From positions 918 through 64,917 of the forward strand of contig CALLMJ010000055.1 in the NCBI GenBank assembly GCA_938006875.1: DNA of 64,000 nt. Direction: 5' to 3'. The number at the start of each line of letters is the position of its first letter. The stretch's first letter is position 1. Positions 37,586 to 46,994 of this stretch are shown here, piece by piece. This DNA comes from an uncultured Bacteroidia bacterium. GTDB lineage: Bacteria; Bacteroidota; Bacteroidia; J057; CALLMJ01. The notes beneath the pieces were generated by a model, which was not told the origin of the DNA, searched no databases, and worked only from the letters and a program-made list of their open reading frames with translations. A program made the translations under genes and the position numbers.

Positions 37586-37693
37586 GTAAAATCTAATTAC
37601 GCAAAACTACAAATTATTCAGAAAGAAATAAGTATTTGATTGGCTTCCTTAAAAGGACGAACTTTAACGCACTAACTATCAAAAGACCGCTAC

Positions 37694-38944
37694 CTAACTA
37701 ATCAAAACGGTTTCTTTTACAACTTTATATAGCTTATCATTGGTTCTTACTTTTTCTGGGAGTTTTATAGAAAAAATATCTCCTTTTTTTACTTCTTGAA
37801 CTTGTAAGTCTTCTAAACGAATTTCTTCTACTTTTGTTTTTACTAAACCTGTTTTGGGTCCTGTAATAATAATATCATCATTCAATTTTAATTGATGGGT
37901 TTCAAGTTCAACTTCTGCTACAGATATTTTGTCAAAGAAATTACGAATTTTACCAAGATAAACTTTTTTAGTTGTAGCGGAAGACCCATGATTTTTACTC
38001 CATTCTCCAATTTTTCTACCTAAGTAATAACCATCCCAAAAACCTCTATTATAAACAGTTGCTAAACGTTCTTTCCATTCTGCAATTTTTTCTTCATTAT
38101 AATTACCTTCATAAATACTATCAATAGCTTCACGGTAACATTTTGTGGTTTCATACACATAGTCTGCGGAACGCCCTCTACCTTCAATTTTTAAAACACT
38201 TACTCCAGCCTTAATAATTTTATCCAGAAAATCTATTGTACATAAATCTTTTGCAGACATAATGTATTCATTATCAATTTCTAATTCATAGCCTTCTTCT
38301 TTATCAATTACAATATAACTTCTTCTACAATTTTGAATGCAAGCACCACGATTTGCTGAAGCATTATGAGAATGTAAACTTAAATAGCATTTCCCAGAAA
38401 CTGCCATACATAAAGCACCATGTCCAAAAATTTCGATTCTTACCAATTCTCCCGAAGGTCCACGAACGTCTCTTCTTTCAATTTCCTTTACTATGTCTTC
38501 CACCTGACTTAAACTTAATTCACGAGATAATACTATAACATCTGCATAATTAGCATAAAATTCTACGCTATCAATATTCGTAACATTAGATTGGGTTGAA
38601 ATATGAATTGGCATGCCTATTCTTTTAGCATAATTCATTACTGCATGGTCAGATGCAATAATAGCATCAATACCACTTTCTTTTGCTGTACTCACAATAT
38701 CTTTCATGAGTTTTAAATCATGGTCATAAACGATGGTATTTAAAGTTATGTAGGTTTTTATATGATTTTCTTTTGCAATTTCTGCAATTTCTTTAAGGTC
38801 TTCTAAAGTAAAATTAATAGAAGAACGAGCACGCATATTTAATTGTTCTACTCCAAAATAAACTGAATCACAACCTGCTTTGATAGCAGCCATAAATGCC
38901 TCAAAACTTCCACATGGAGACATTAATTCAAATTTTTTTTGCAT
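37694..38944 (-). CDS. peptidase U32 family protein
   Basis: The N-terminus ELMSPCGSFEAFMAAIKAGCDSVYFG...LNMRA and the E(I)FGHGALC...SGKCYLS cysteine cluster are typical of U32. Confidence 0.8.
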   Translation of the reverse strand: MQKKFELMSPCGSFEAFMAAIKAGCDSVYFGVEQLNMRARSSINFTLEDLKEIAEIAKENHIKTYITLNTIVYDHDLKLMKDIVSTAKESGIDAIIASDHAVMNYAKRIGMPIHISTQSNVTNIDSVEFYANYADVIVLSRELSLSQVEDIVKEIERRDVRGPSGELVRIEIFGHGALCMAVSGKCYLSLHSHNASANRGACIQNCRRSYIVIDKEEGYELEIDNEYIMSAKDLCTIDFLDKIIKAGVSVLKIEGRGRSADYVYETTKCYREAIDSIYEGNYNEEKIAEWKERLATVYNRGFWDGYYLGRKIGEWSKNHGSSATTKKVYLGKIRNFFDKISVAEVELETHQLKLNDDIIITGPKTGLVKTKVEEIRLEDLQVQEVKKGDIFSIKLPEKVRTNDKLYKVVKETVLIS

Positions 38945-39036
38945 CGCCTTGATTTTTACTGTAAAAATATGAAACTTTTTAATTCCTTTGAAAGTTCAAA
39001 TAAAATCAAAAATAGGTTCTTAATCATAAAAAAATT

Positions 39037-40086
39037 TTATTGCTTTTTTATCTTAAAAACTCTATCCCCTTGTATTTTTTGTAAAAATTCTACGTTTGTT
39101 TCAAGATATTTAGGAGCATAAACAGGTTTGGCAGTTTGAATAACTCTTTGATTTTTAATAATGTAGGTAGTATCCCAAATTTTTGACTGTAAAATATTAT
39201 TAATTGCTTTAGAACCACCTTCTACCAAAATACTTCCAATTTTATATTCAGTATAAAGTTTATTGACATAATCTTTCCATGAGAAAATATCCTCTACTTT
39301 AAAATATTTCCAATTTCCTTCATTACTTTGAAATTTTTGGTTAATAATGATACCTTCACGATTGGGAAAATATTTTTCAGGGTCAATTTCTGAATGAGTA
39401 TCCAGAATGATTATGATAGGATTTTTTCCGTAGGAATATCTTAAATTCAGTTGAGGGTTATCTAAAAGAACCGTTTTTTTTCCTATTAAAATAGCTTGAT
39501 GTTGTGCTCTTAATGCATGAGAAAAAAATTGGGTATAAGGGTGGGAAATCATAATCCTTTTTTGTTCATCTCCTATAATTTTATTTTGAGATTCTGCCCA
39601 TTTTAAAGTGATGTAGGGTCTTTGGTAAAGTTGATTAACGTAAAATGAAAAATTAATTTCTTGTTGTTTTTTAATAAAATGCTCATGATATAAAGTGACT
39701 TCAACACCTGCTTGTTTTAAGGTTTCTATACCTTTGCTTTGGACTTGTGGATTAGGGTCTAAGGTAGCAACCACAACTTTAGGTATTTTTTTTTCTATAA
39801 TTAGAGTAGTACAAGGTGGAGTTTTTTTATGGATGTGGCAACAAGGTTCTAAACTCACAAATAAAGTACAATGAGCAAAGTCAAAATTATGAGGAAGATT
39901 TTGAATAGCATGAACTTCTGCATGAGCTTCGCCGTATTTTTTATGCCAACCTTCTGAGATGATTTCTCCAAATTGGTTAATAATTAAAGCTCCAACTTTA
40001 GGGTTGGGTTGAGTAAAATTAAAAGCCCTTAAAGCTAATGTAAAACAGCGATTTAAAAAGAAAAAATCATTTTCCAATGAATTCAT
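39037..40086 (-). CDS. ribD: bifunctional riboflavin biosynthesis deaminase/reductase
   Basis: Deaminase zinc motifs HAEVHAI and LEPCCH...PPC. Reductase half with ITLKWAES and ILVEGG. Confidence 0.85.
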   Translation of the reverse strand: MNSLENDFFFLNRCFTLALRAFNFTQPNPKVGALIINQFGEIISEGWHKKYGEAHAEVHAIQNLPHNFDFAHCTLFVSLEPCCHIHKKTPPCTTLIIEKKIPKVVVATLDPNPQVQSKGIETLKQAGVEVTLYHEHFIKKQQEINFSFYVNQLYQRPYITLKWAESQNKIIGDEQKRIMISHPYTQFFSHALRAQHQAILIGKKTVLLDNPQLNLRYSYGKNPIIIILDTHSEIDPEKYFPNREGIIINQKFQSNEGNWKYFKVEDIFSWKDYVNKLYTEYKIGSILVEGGSKAINNILQSKIWDTTYIIKNQRVIQTAKPVYAPKYLETNVEFLQKIQGDRVFKIKKQ

Positions 40087-40952
40087 AAATTTAAAGTGGA
40101 TTTTTGTAAAATTTTTAAGGCTTCATGAGAAATTCTTATACCCTCTAAAAGTCCTCTACCTCCAACACCATTTAAATATAAATAATTTTTTTGTTTAAGG
40201 CAAAATGCACGACCTGTCAAAGAAAAGGGCTTAATTCCTTTCAAAGTTTTTACAATTTTATATTCTTCTTGAAAAGTTTTATCAAAAATTTCTAGAGCTT
40301 CTTGATTAGGACCTACCCAGTATTCCAAAGGATTCAAAGTAGGAGTTAAGAAAAACTGTTTCCAAAAAATATGAGGGGCTAAGGTTTTTTTTAATTGAAT
40401 TTTAAAAATTTGACTTTCAGTAGGATAAATCGGTAAATTAGATTGGTCTTTCAAAGCATCTATTCCCCCCGCATGAATAAAAAAAGAAATTTCAGAATTA
40501 TCATTTATAGAACTACAAACCCTTTGATAATTAGAAAATTTTAAAAACTTATGATTTAAAATATCCCAAACTTTTTTTACTTGTAACCAACCAGATTTAG
40601 GAAAAAATATTCCATTATCTTTTGGCTGAATATAATCAGGAAATCTTTCAGATAATACAGACCAATCATTCCATAAACCTTGCTCTTCACAAGCATAGAA
40701 TAATCCTGTATTATGAAAATAATCTTTTAAACCCCAATTTTCCAAGAATTGAAGTAATTCATAATAGCTATTAAAACCAAACTTTTTCCAAGAAGCAGTT
40801 TTAAAATTAAAAGGATGAACAATCCCCGCCGAAAACCATGAATGCGGAACAGCCGAAGGATTAACAGCTTGGATTACATCAAAACCATTTTTTAATAAAA
40901 GCCCTACTATAAAAGTAGCGGTCATTCCATTTCCAATAACACCAATTTTCAA
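40083..40952 (-). CDS. short FAD/NAD(P)-binding oxidoreductase-like protein (function unknown)
   Basis: The N-terminus MKIGVIGNGMTATFIVGLLLKNGFDV is Rossmann-like. The C-terminus GVGGRGLLEG resembles the DAO-family tail. 4-nt overlaps with both neighbours. Confidence 0.35.
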   Translation of the reverse strand: MKIGVIGNGMTATFIVGLLLKNGFDVIQAVNPSAVPHSWFSAGIVHPFNFKTASWKKFGFNSYYELLQFLENWGLKDYFHNTGLFYACEEQGLWNDWSVLSERFPDYIQPKDNGIFFPKSGWLQVKKVWDILNHKFLKFSNYQRVCSSINDNSEISFFIHAGGIDALKDQSNLPIYPTESQIFKIQLKKTLAPHIFWKQFFLTPTLNPLEYWVGPNQEALEIFDKTFQEEYKIVKTLKGIKPFSLTGRAFCLKQKNYLYLNGVGGRGLLEGIRISHEALKILQKSTLNL

Positions 40953-42223
40953 GATTTTATAATTAAATGATAATTTTTCTTACCTTTTTGAATAAGCACA
41001 AATTTATTCATAATCCAATCGTTTTCCAAAAATTGATAATCCACAGAAATTTTCATTTTATTCACTTTGACAGCCCCAGCTTGTAATGCTTTTTTAGCTT
41101 CTGATTTTGAAGGATAAATTTGTAATTCTGATAAAATAGTTACAGCATCTTTAGGTTGATAAAAATATTCATTATTTACTTGAGAATACGGAACACCTTC
41201 AAAAATTTCTTGAAGTTCATGCCAATCAAATTTTAAAAAATTATCTTTTGAAGATTCACCAAATAATAATTGAGTTGCTTCAATAGCTTTTTCTAAATCT
41301 TCTTTTGAATGAACCAAAGTTGTAACATATTCAGCTAGTCTTTTCTGAGCGTATCGTAAATGAGGTTCATTAAAATGTTTTATTAAAATATTTTCAATTT
41401 CTTCTTTTGAAAGGAATGTAAAAACTTTTAATAATTTTTCAACGTCGTTATCAGAAATGTTAATCCAAAATTGATAAAACTTATAAGGGGAAGTTTTTTT
41501 GGGGTCTAACCAAATATTACCAGATTCTGATTTTCCAAATTTAGTTCCATCGGCTTTAGTTAATAATGGAGCAGTAATAGCTTCAGCTTGACCATTAATA
41601 ATTCTTCTAATCAATTCAATACCGGTAGTAATATTTCCCCATTGGTCTGCACCACCCATTTGAATTTTGCAGTTATAATTTTGGTATAAATAAAGGAAGT
41701 CATAAGCTTGCAAAAGTTGATAAGAAAATTCAGTAAAAGAAATACCTGTTTCAATTCTATTCTGTACAGATTCTTTTGCTATCATATAATTAATGGAGAT
41801 ATGTTTTCCTATTGTTCTTAAAAAATCTAAAAAATTAAAATCCTTGAACCAATCATAATTATTCAAAATTAAAGCAGAATTGGGAATATTAGGAGAAAAA
41901 TCTAAAAATTTCTCTAATTGATTTTGAATACACTTTTGGTTGTGAAACAAAGTATCCATATCCAATAAATTTCTTTCTTTTGATTTACCAGAAGGATCAC
42001 CAATCATACCTGTAGCGCCACCCACTAATGCGATAGGTCTATGACCATATTTTTGGAATAGGGATAATAACATAATTTGCATTAAATTTCCTACATGCAA
42101 GGAATCAGAAGTTGGATCAAAACCTATATAAACGGATTGAGAATTTTGTTCAATTAAAAAATTCACATCAGGAGTATAATTTTGAACAAATCCACGCCAA
42201 TTCAGTTCATCAAATAATTTCAT
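40949..42223 (-). CDS. tyrS: tyrosine--tRNA ligase
   Basis: GFDPTSDSLHVGNL (HIGH), KFGKS (KMSKS), C-terminal S4-like domain. The start is moved to Met31 (MKLFDELNWRGF), the usual TyrS N-terminus. Confidence 0.9.
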   Translation of the reverse strand: MKLFDELNWRGFVQNYTPDVNFLIEQNSQSVYIGFDPTSDSLHVGNLMQIMLLSLFQKYGHRPIALVGGATGMIGDPSGKSKERNLLDMDTLFHNQKCIQNQLEKFLDFSPNIPNSALILNNYDWFKDFNFLDFLRTIGKHISINYMIAKESVQNRIETGISFTEFSYQLLQAYDFLYLYQNYNCKIQMGGADQWGNITTGIELIRRIINGQAEAITAPLLTKADGTKFGKSESGNIWLDPKKTSPYKFYQFWINISDNDVEKLLKVFTFLSKEEIENILIKHFNEPHLRYAQKRLAEYVTTLVHSKEDLEKAIEATQLLFGESSKDNFLKFDWHELQEIFEGVPYSQVNNEYFYQPKDAVTILSELQIYPSKSEAKKALQAGAVKVNKMKISVDYQFLENDWIMNKFVLIQKGKKNYHLIIKS

Positions 42224-42472
42224 GTTCAAATAAAATTTTAATTTTTTTTTGTGATTAAAAAATAATGTTGTATATTTGTTGCAAAGTTGGTGAATAGGAT
42301 TGTAATAAAGCAACTTTTTTTAAAAAAAATCAAGAATGATTTTTGAATTAGAAAATTTACTTTATTTGCAGTCCGAAAAAGCTAAAAAAAAAGAAAAAAT
42401 AAGTACTTAAAAACTAATAGATTAGAGTTTATGGAATATATTTGTAAATCAATTTTAAAAAATAACTTAAAC

Positions 42473-43804
42473 ATGAATAAGATAGGCAAAAAACTTATTG
42501 CTTTGATGGTACCGTTCATGCTTATTGCTTTTTATGGAAATGCTCAAACAGGTCCTGGAAAAAATGCGTATAAGCAAGGAGAAGCGTATCGTAAAAATAA
42601 GCAATTCATTGAAGCTGTGCAAAAATATGATGAGGCAATAAAATTAGAGCCCGCTAATGCACGTTATTATTACAAAAAAGGATACTGTCAAATTAGACAA
42701 AATCCACCAAATGTTGATGGCGCAATTGAATCTTTTAATCAAGCTACAAATAATAAAAAAGATTATTCTGAAGCTTATGCTGCATTAGGAAGAATTTATT
42801 ATAATGATAAGCTCGGTAAAAAAGATATTTCTCGTGCTATTCAAAACTTTAATTCTGCTTTTCAATATGAGCAAGACAACAACAAAAAGGTTAACTACAA
42901 GTTAATGGTAGTTAAAATTTTAATGAAAGAAGGGAGATTTTCTGAAGCTCGCGGAGAATTACAACAAGCTAAATCTTTAACTCCAGATGACCCTAATATA
43001 TTATTATATGAAGGTCAAATTGCTGGTGGTTTAGGAAATTGGAGTGAAGCTTTGAGCGTTTATAGTAGAGCCGTTGAAAGAGTAAAAGGTTTACCTGCTA
43101 CTGAAACAGATAAATACTATTTTGCTCTCGGTGAAGCACAATGGAGAACAGGTGATACAAAAAGTGCTGAAGAGTCTTGGAAACAAGTTCAATCACCCAA
43201 TTACCAAAATAAAATCAAAAAAGTTAAAAATAGTAATAACCCTGCAGGTCCTTTCCGTATAGCAATGGGATATTTTAAAGTAGAAGAAATGGATGAAGCT
43301 ATGACTTACTTGAAAAAATCTTTAGAATTATCTCAGACTTATGCTCCTGCACATCAATTAATGGGAATGATTTATTATAAGAAAGGTCAAAATAGTTTAG
43401 CTATTCAAAGTTTAATGAAAGCTGTTGAAAACCAAACTGACGAAAACAAAAAATCTAAATTGTACAATACAATGGTAAAAATTCAAATGAATTCTGGTGA
43501 TTACAGTGGTGCTTTATCAACCGCTAATAAAATCTTAGAAAAAACGAATAATAATACCATACGTTTCTTGAAAGCTAAAGCGGAATATAAATTAGGTCAG
43601 TATCCACAAGCTATTACTACATTAGAAGCCTTGCTACCTAACGAAGCAGACCCTAACAAAAAAGCTCCTTATAATTTTGTTATTGGTTTAGCGGCTAAAA
43701 AATCAGGAAATATGGATAAAGCCGCAAAAGCATTCAAAGATGCTCAATATGGTTCGTTTAAAGCTGCTGCTAAAAAAGAATTAGAAAATATTTCAAAAAA
43801 ATAA
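42473..43804 (+). CDS. secreted tetratricopeptide-repeat protein
   Basis: Signal peptide MNKIGKKLIALMVPFMLIAFYGNAQ. Multiple TPR units (A..Y..AI.L.P.NA.YY...G). Followed by a strong intrinsic terminator. Confidence 0.7.
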   Translation: MNKIGKKLIALMVPFMLIAFYGNAQTGPGKNAYKQGEAYRKNKQFIEAVQKYDEAIKLEPANARYYYKKGYCQIRQNPPNVDGAIESFNQATNNKKDYSEAYAALGRIYYNDKLGKKDISRAIQNFNSAFQYEQDNNKKVNYKLMVVKILMKEGRFSEARGELQQAKSLTPDDPNILLYEGQIAGGLGNWSEALSVYSRAVERVKGLPATETDKYYFALGEAQWRTGDTKSAEESWKQVQSPNYQNKIKKVKNSNNPAGPFRIAMGYFKVEEMDEAMTYLKKSLELSQTYAPAHQLMGMIYYKKGQNSLAIQSLMKAVENQTDENKKSKLYNTMVKIQMNSGDYSGALSTANKILEKTNNNTIRFLKAKAEYKLGQYPQAITTLEALLPNEADPNKKAPYNFVIGLAAKKSGNMDKAAKAFKDAQYGSFKAAAKKELENISKK

Positions 43805-43831
43805 TAATTAATAATTTTTTTGAAAATACCA

Positions 43832-43870
43832 AAAAGACTGTCTAGATATTGGCAGTCTTTTTTGTTTTTT
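43832..43870 (+). terminator. intrinsic terminator after the TPR gene
   Basis: AAAAGACTGTC / GGCAGTCTTTT is an 11-bp stem with one G:U pair and an 8-nt loop, followed by TTTTGTTTTTT. Confidence 0.75.
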
Positions 43871-43892
43871 ACAAGTTTTTGTAATACTTTTG
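43862..43892 (+). promoter_or_regulatory. putative promoter for phoD
   Basis: TTG (43862-43864), 20 nt, then TACTTTTG (43885-43892). The ATG is 14 nt downstream. Confidence 0.35.
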
Positions 43893-43906
43893 CAAAAAAA
43901 ATCTTT

Positions 43907-45751
43907 ATGGAAAAAAATTTTTTATTTATAGTGGTATTATTTGCTTACTTTGTAAATACCCACGCACAGGAAAAACGAGTTACATTAGACCCTCTTTATG
44001 CTCCATTTTATCATGGTGTTGCATCAGGAGACCCATTACCGGATAGAGTAATCATATGGACACGTGTTACACCAGATTCTAATTTTACAGGTAATATAAC
44101 CGTAAACTGGAAGATGGCAACTGATACCTTGTTATCTAATGTAGTGCAACAAGGAAGTTTTGTAACCAATGAGGATAGAGATTTTACGGTTAAAGTAGAT
44201 GTTACAGGGCTACAACCCAATACTTGGTATTATTATGAATTTGAAACCAATGGAAGAAAGTCTTTAATTGGAAGGACAAGAACAGCTCCAACAGGAAATG
44301 TAGATTCTTTAAGGTTTGCTATAGTATCTTGTTCTAGTTGGGATTATGGATTTTTTAATTCTTATGGAAGAATTGAAGAAAGAAATGATGTAGATGCAGT
44401 TATCCATCTAGGTGACTATATTTATGAATATCCTGTTAATCCTAGTAGAACTAGGCTACACGAACCTTCTAATGAAATTTTAACTTTATCAGATTATAGA
44501 ATACGTCATTCTCAATATAAATTAGATCCTCAGTTGAGAAAATTACATCAACAGTTCCCTTTTATTACCGTATGGGATGACCATGAAACAGCTAATGATT
44601 CTTATAGAGATGGAGCAGAAAACCACACGCCTGCTACCGAGGGGGATTGGTATGTTAGAAAAAATAACGGAGTAAGAGCTTATAAAGAATGGTTGCCTAT
44701 TAGAGAACCTGATGTTAATGATACCATAAGAATTTGGAGACAATTTAGTTGGGGCAACTTGATGAATTTAATGATGATTGATACCCGTTTATATGATAGA
44801 GATCAACAAGTTACTACTAATTCTCCTAATTTGAATGATAGCACTAGGGTGATGATTGGTAATACTCAAAGAGCTTGGTTAGAAACCCAGTTATCCAATA
44901 GTACCCAAAAATGGAACGTAATTGGACAGCAAGTGATGTTTGCTCCTTTAAAAGCTTTTGGACAAATTGTTAATGCAGACCAATGGGACGGTTATCCCGC
45001 AGAAAGAAAAAGAGTAATGGATTATATCATGAATAATAGTATCCCTAACCCTGTTATCTTAACAGGCGATATTCACACTTCGTGGGCTAATGATATACCT
45101 TATCAAAATTATAATGGGACAACCGGTGCAGGCTCTATGGGTGTTGAATTTGTGGCAACTTCTGTTACTTCCCCCGGTGCTGATTTTTTATCCTCACTTA
45201 CAGGATTAGGAATACCTCTAATTAAAAACCAAAATCCCCATATGAAATTTATTGATTTGACAAGAAGGGGATACGTAATACTTGATTTAAACCAGCAAAG
45301 AGTACAAGGTGATTTTTACTTTGTTAATCGTGTTGATCAGGTTTCAAATCAAGAAACTTTTGCAGAAGGTTGGTATTGTGAGGATGGTACGAGAAGACTA
45401 CAAAAAGCGAATTCCGCATCAGTTAAATCCGGTCCATTGCCCATAAAAGCACCTGCACTTCCTAATAATCCTGTAAATCGTTCAAAAGAAACTAATTTCT
45501 TTGGAATTTCTTCGTACCCTAATCCTTATCAAAATGTTTTTAATTTACAGTTTTATACTTACAAGCCTGCTATCATAAATGTAAAAATTCTAGATTTACA
45601 AGGGAAAGTAGTCAAAAATTATCCATCGTTCCAATCTGTAAGTGGTTTAAACCACTATAACATTGAAACTCCCAATGTGAGTTCAGGTACTTATATCCTT
45701 TTAATGGAATCACAAGGAGAAATTTTCCAAAAAACGATTATCAAAAATTAA
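43907..45751 (+). CDS. phoD: PhoD-family alkaline phosphatase with T9SS type A C-terminal domain
   Basis: FYHGVASGDP, HLGDYIYE, VWDDHE, GDIHTSWA motifs. C-terminal SSYPNPYQNVFNLQFY...GTYILLMESQGEIFQKTIIK. The start is set at ATG 43907 because the track's TTG extension contains the upstream terminator. Confidence 0.8.
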   Translation: MEKNFLFIVVLFAYFVNTHAQEKRVTLDPLYAPFYHGVASGDPLPDRVIIWTRVTPDSNFTGNITVNWKMATDTLLSNVVQQGSFVTNEDRDFTVKVDVTGLQPNTWYYYEFETNGRKSLIGRTRTAPTGNVDSLRFAIVSCSSWDYGFFNSYGRIEERNDVDAVIHLGDYIYEYPVNPSRTRLHEPSNEILTLSDYRIRHSQYKLDPQLRKLHQQFPFITVWDDHETANDSYRDGAENHTPATEGDWYVRKNNGVRAYKEWLPIREPDVNDTIRIWRQFSWGNLMNLMMIDTRLYDRDQQVTTNSPNLNDSTRVMIGNTQRAWLETQLSNSTQKWNVIGQQVMFAPLKAFGQIVNADQWDGYPAERKRVMDYIMNNSIPNPVILTGDIHTSWANDIPYQNYNGTTGAGSMGVEFVATSVTSPGADFLSSLTGLGIPLIKNQNPHMKFIDLTRRGYVILDLNQQRVQGDFYFVNRVDQVSNQETFAEGWYCEDGTRRLQKANSASVKSGPLPIKAPALPNNPVNRSKETNFFGISSYPNPYQNVFNLQFYTYKPAIINVKILDLQGKVVKNYPSFQSVSGLNHYNIETPNVSSGTYILLMESQGEIFQKTIIKN

Positions 45752-45771
45752 GTAGAAATACTTTTAGCAAT

Positions 45772-45803
45772 AAAAATACTGCTTTTCATTAAGCAGTATT
45801 TTT
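45772..45803. terminator. bidirectional intrinsic terminator between convergent phoD and patatin genes
   Basis: AAAAATACTGCTT-ttcatt-AAGCAGTATTTTT is a 13-bp perfect stem flanked by an A-run and a T-run. Confidence 0.75.
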
Positions 45804-45838
45804 TATTTAGTATAGCTCAAACTTGATAAAACAACTAA

Positions 45839-46849
45839 TTATAAAAATACTTTTTCTATGTCTATGCTATCTTTAACGCCAATTAAATCGTAGCTTTCTT
45901 GAAGCCATTCAGAAGCGTAACGTTTACCAATATCATGTAAGTAGATAATAAAATCCCAAGAGGCATTGAGTTTAGAGGAGATACTAAACTCTTCAAGTGC
46001 TTCATCTGCACTAATGGCATGAAAACGAATTTTTCTACAACCTTCTAATGCAACGCCTTTATCAAGGAGTTTATTGATAAAATGAATCATTTTCATTTCA
46101 GCCATGAGGCTAGCATTAAAAGAAATTTCATTGATACGGTCTTCAATGTCTTTGGCAGTTTTAGGGATTTCTTTGATTTTGATGGGGTTAATTTTAAGGA
46201 TGAGAATATCATCTACATCTGTATTTTTGATTAACGGAAATATAGGCGGGTTCCCCATGTAACCACCATCCCAATAAGCATTGTAATCAATTTCTACGGC
46301 TTGAAACATAAAAGGTAAACAGGCAGAAGCCATACAAGCATCAGCAGATAATTCTTCACCCATAAAAACTTTAGGTTTACAAGTGAGTACATTCGTTGCA
46401 CACAAAAATAATTTGGTTTTTGTTGCTTTTTTTAATACTTCAAAGTCAATAACTTCTTCTAATACCTCTTTCAAAGGGTTTATATTTAGAGGATTTAATT
46501 GGTAAGGGGAGAAGATATGAGTCATCATACTAAAAAGATTATACCCTGGCGATAAATCCATATCTCCTTTATGCATCATTAAATCTAATAAGGAAGGTTT
46601 GAGTATAGAATACTTTGATTTTTGAGAAATTTTTTTCCAAAAATTGCTTAGAACTTCTTTTGCTTTTTCTGGACCTCCTACATTTAGACCATAAGATAAA
46701 GCGGAAGCATTCATTGCACCAGCACTGGTTCCCACTACTCCAACAATTTCTAAATCAGGTAAATCTAGTAGTTTTTCTAATATTCCCCAAGTGAACGCTC
46801 CATGAGCACCACCACCCTGTATAGCAATTCCAATTCTTTTCTTTTTCAT
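45839..46849 (-). CDS. patatin-like phospholipase
   Basis: GGGAHGAFTWG oxyanion motif, GTSAGA nucleophile elbow, DGG catalytic Asp motif. Confidence 0.8.
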   Translation of the reverse strand: MKKKRIGIAIQGGGAHGAFTWGILEKLLDLPDLEIVGVVGTSAGAMNASALSYGLNVGGPEKAKEVLSNFWKKISQKSKYSILKPSLLDLMMHKGDMDLSPGYNLFSMMTHIFSPYQLNPLNINPLKEVLEEVIDFEVLKKATKTKLFLCATNVLTCKPKVFMGEELSADACMASACLPFMFQAVEIDYNAYWDGGYMGNPPIFPLIKNTDVDDILILKINPIKIKEIPKTAKDIEDRINEISFNASLMAEMKMIHFINKLLDKGVALEGCRKIRFHAISADEALEEFSISSKLNASWDFIIYLHDIGKRYASEWLQESYDLIGVKDSIDIEKVFL

Positions 46850-46944
46850 GGTGTTAATTTAAAATGCAAATAAGTATAATTTTTTTTGATTGTCAAATTT
46901 TTTTATACTTTAAAATTTGTTTACTAAAAGAATTTTTTTTTATT

Positions 46945-46975
46945 TTGTTGATATTCAAAATTTATCATATTTTTG
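46945..46975 (+). promoter_or_regulatory. putative promoter for the 46995 gene
   Basis: TTGTTG (46945-46950), then TATTTTTG (46968-46975). The ATG is 19 nt downstream. Confidence 0.35.
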
Positions 46976-46994
46976 CTTTGTGTAAATAACTTAA

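Noticed and set aside
42224-42313. 30-codon N-terminal extension of tyrS
   Set aside because: The conserved TyrS N-terminus starts at MKLFDELNWRGF, and the extension has no counterpart in TyrS.
42224-42430. FMN riboswitch or T-box leader upstream of the tyrS / oxidoreductase-like gene / ribD chain
   Set aside because: I could not recognise the conserved FMN-aptamer or T-box sequence blocks. The region is almost pure A/T.
43820-43906. TTG-initiated extension of the phoD ORF
   Set aside because: It reads through the strong terminator hairpin (43832-43870) and the predicted promoter. ATG 43907 gives a signal peptide.
45839-46849. Patatin-like phospholipase as a CBASS CapV-type effector
   Set aside because: No cyclic-nucleotide synthase (CD-NTase), E1/E2/JAB or other CBASS gene is adjacent, and it is bounded by a bidirectional terminator. 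I treat it as a stand-alone lipase.
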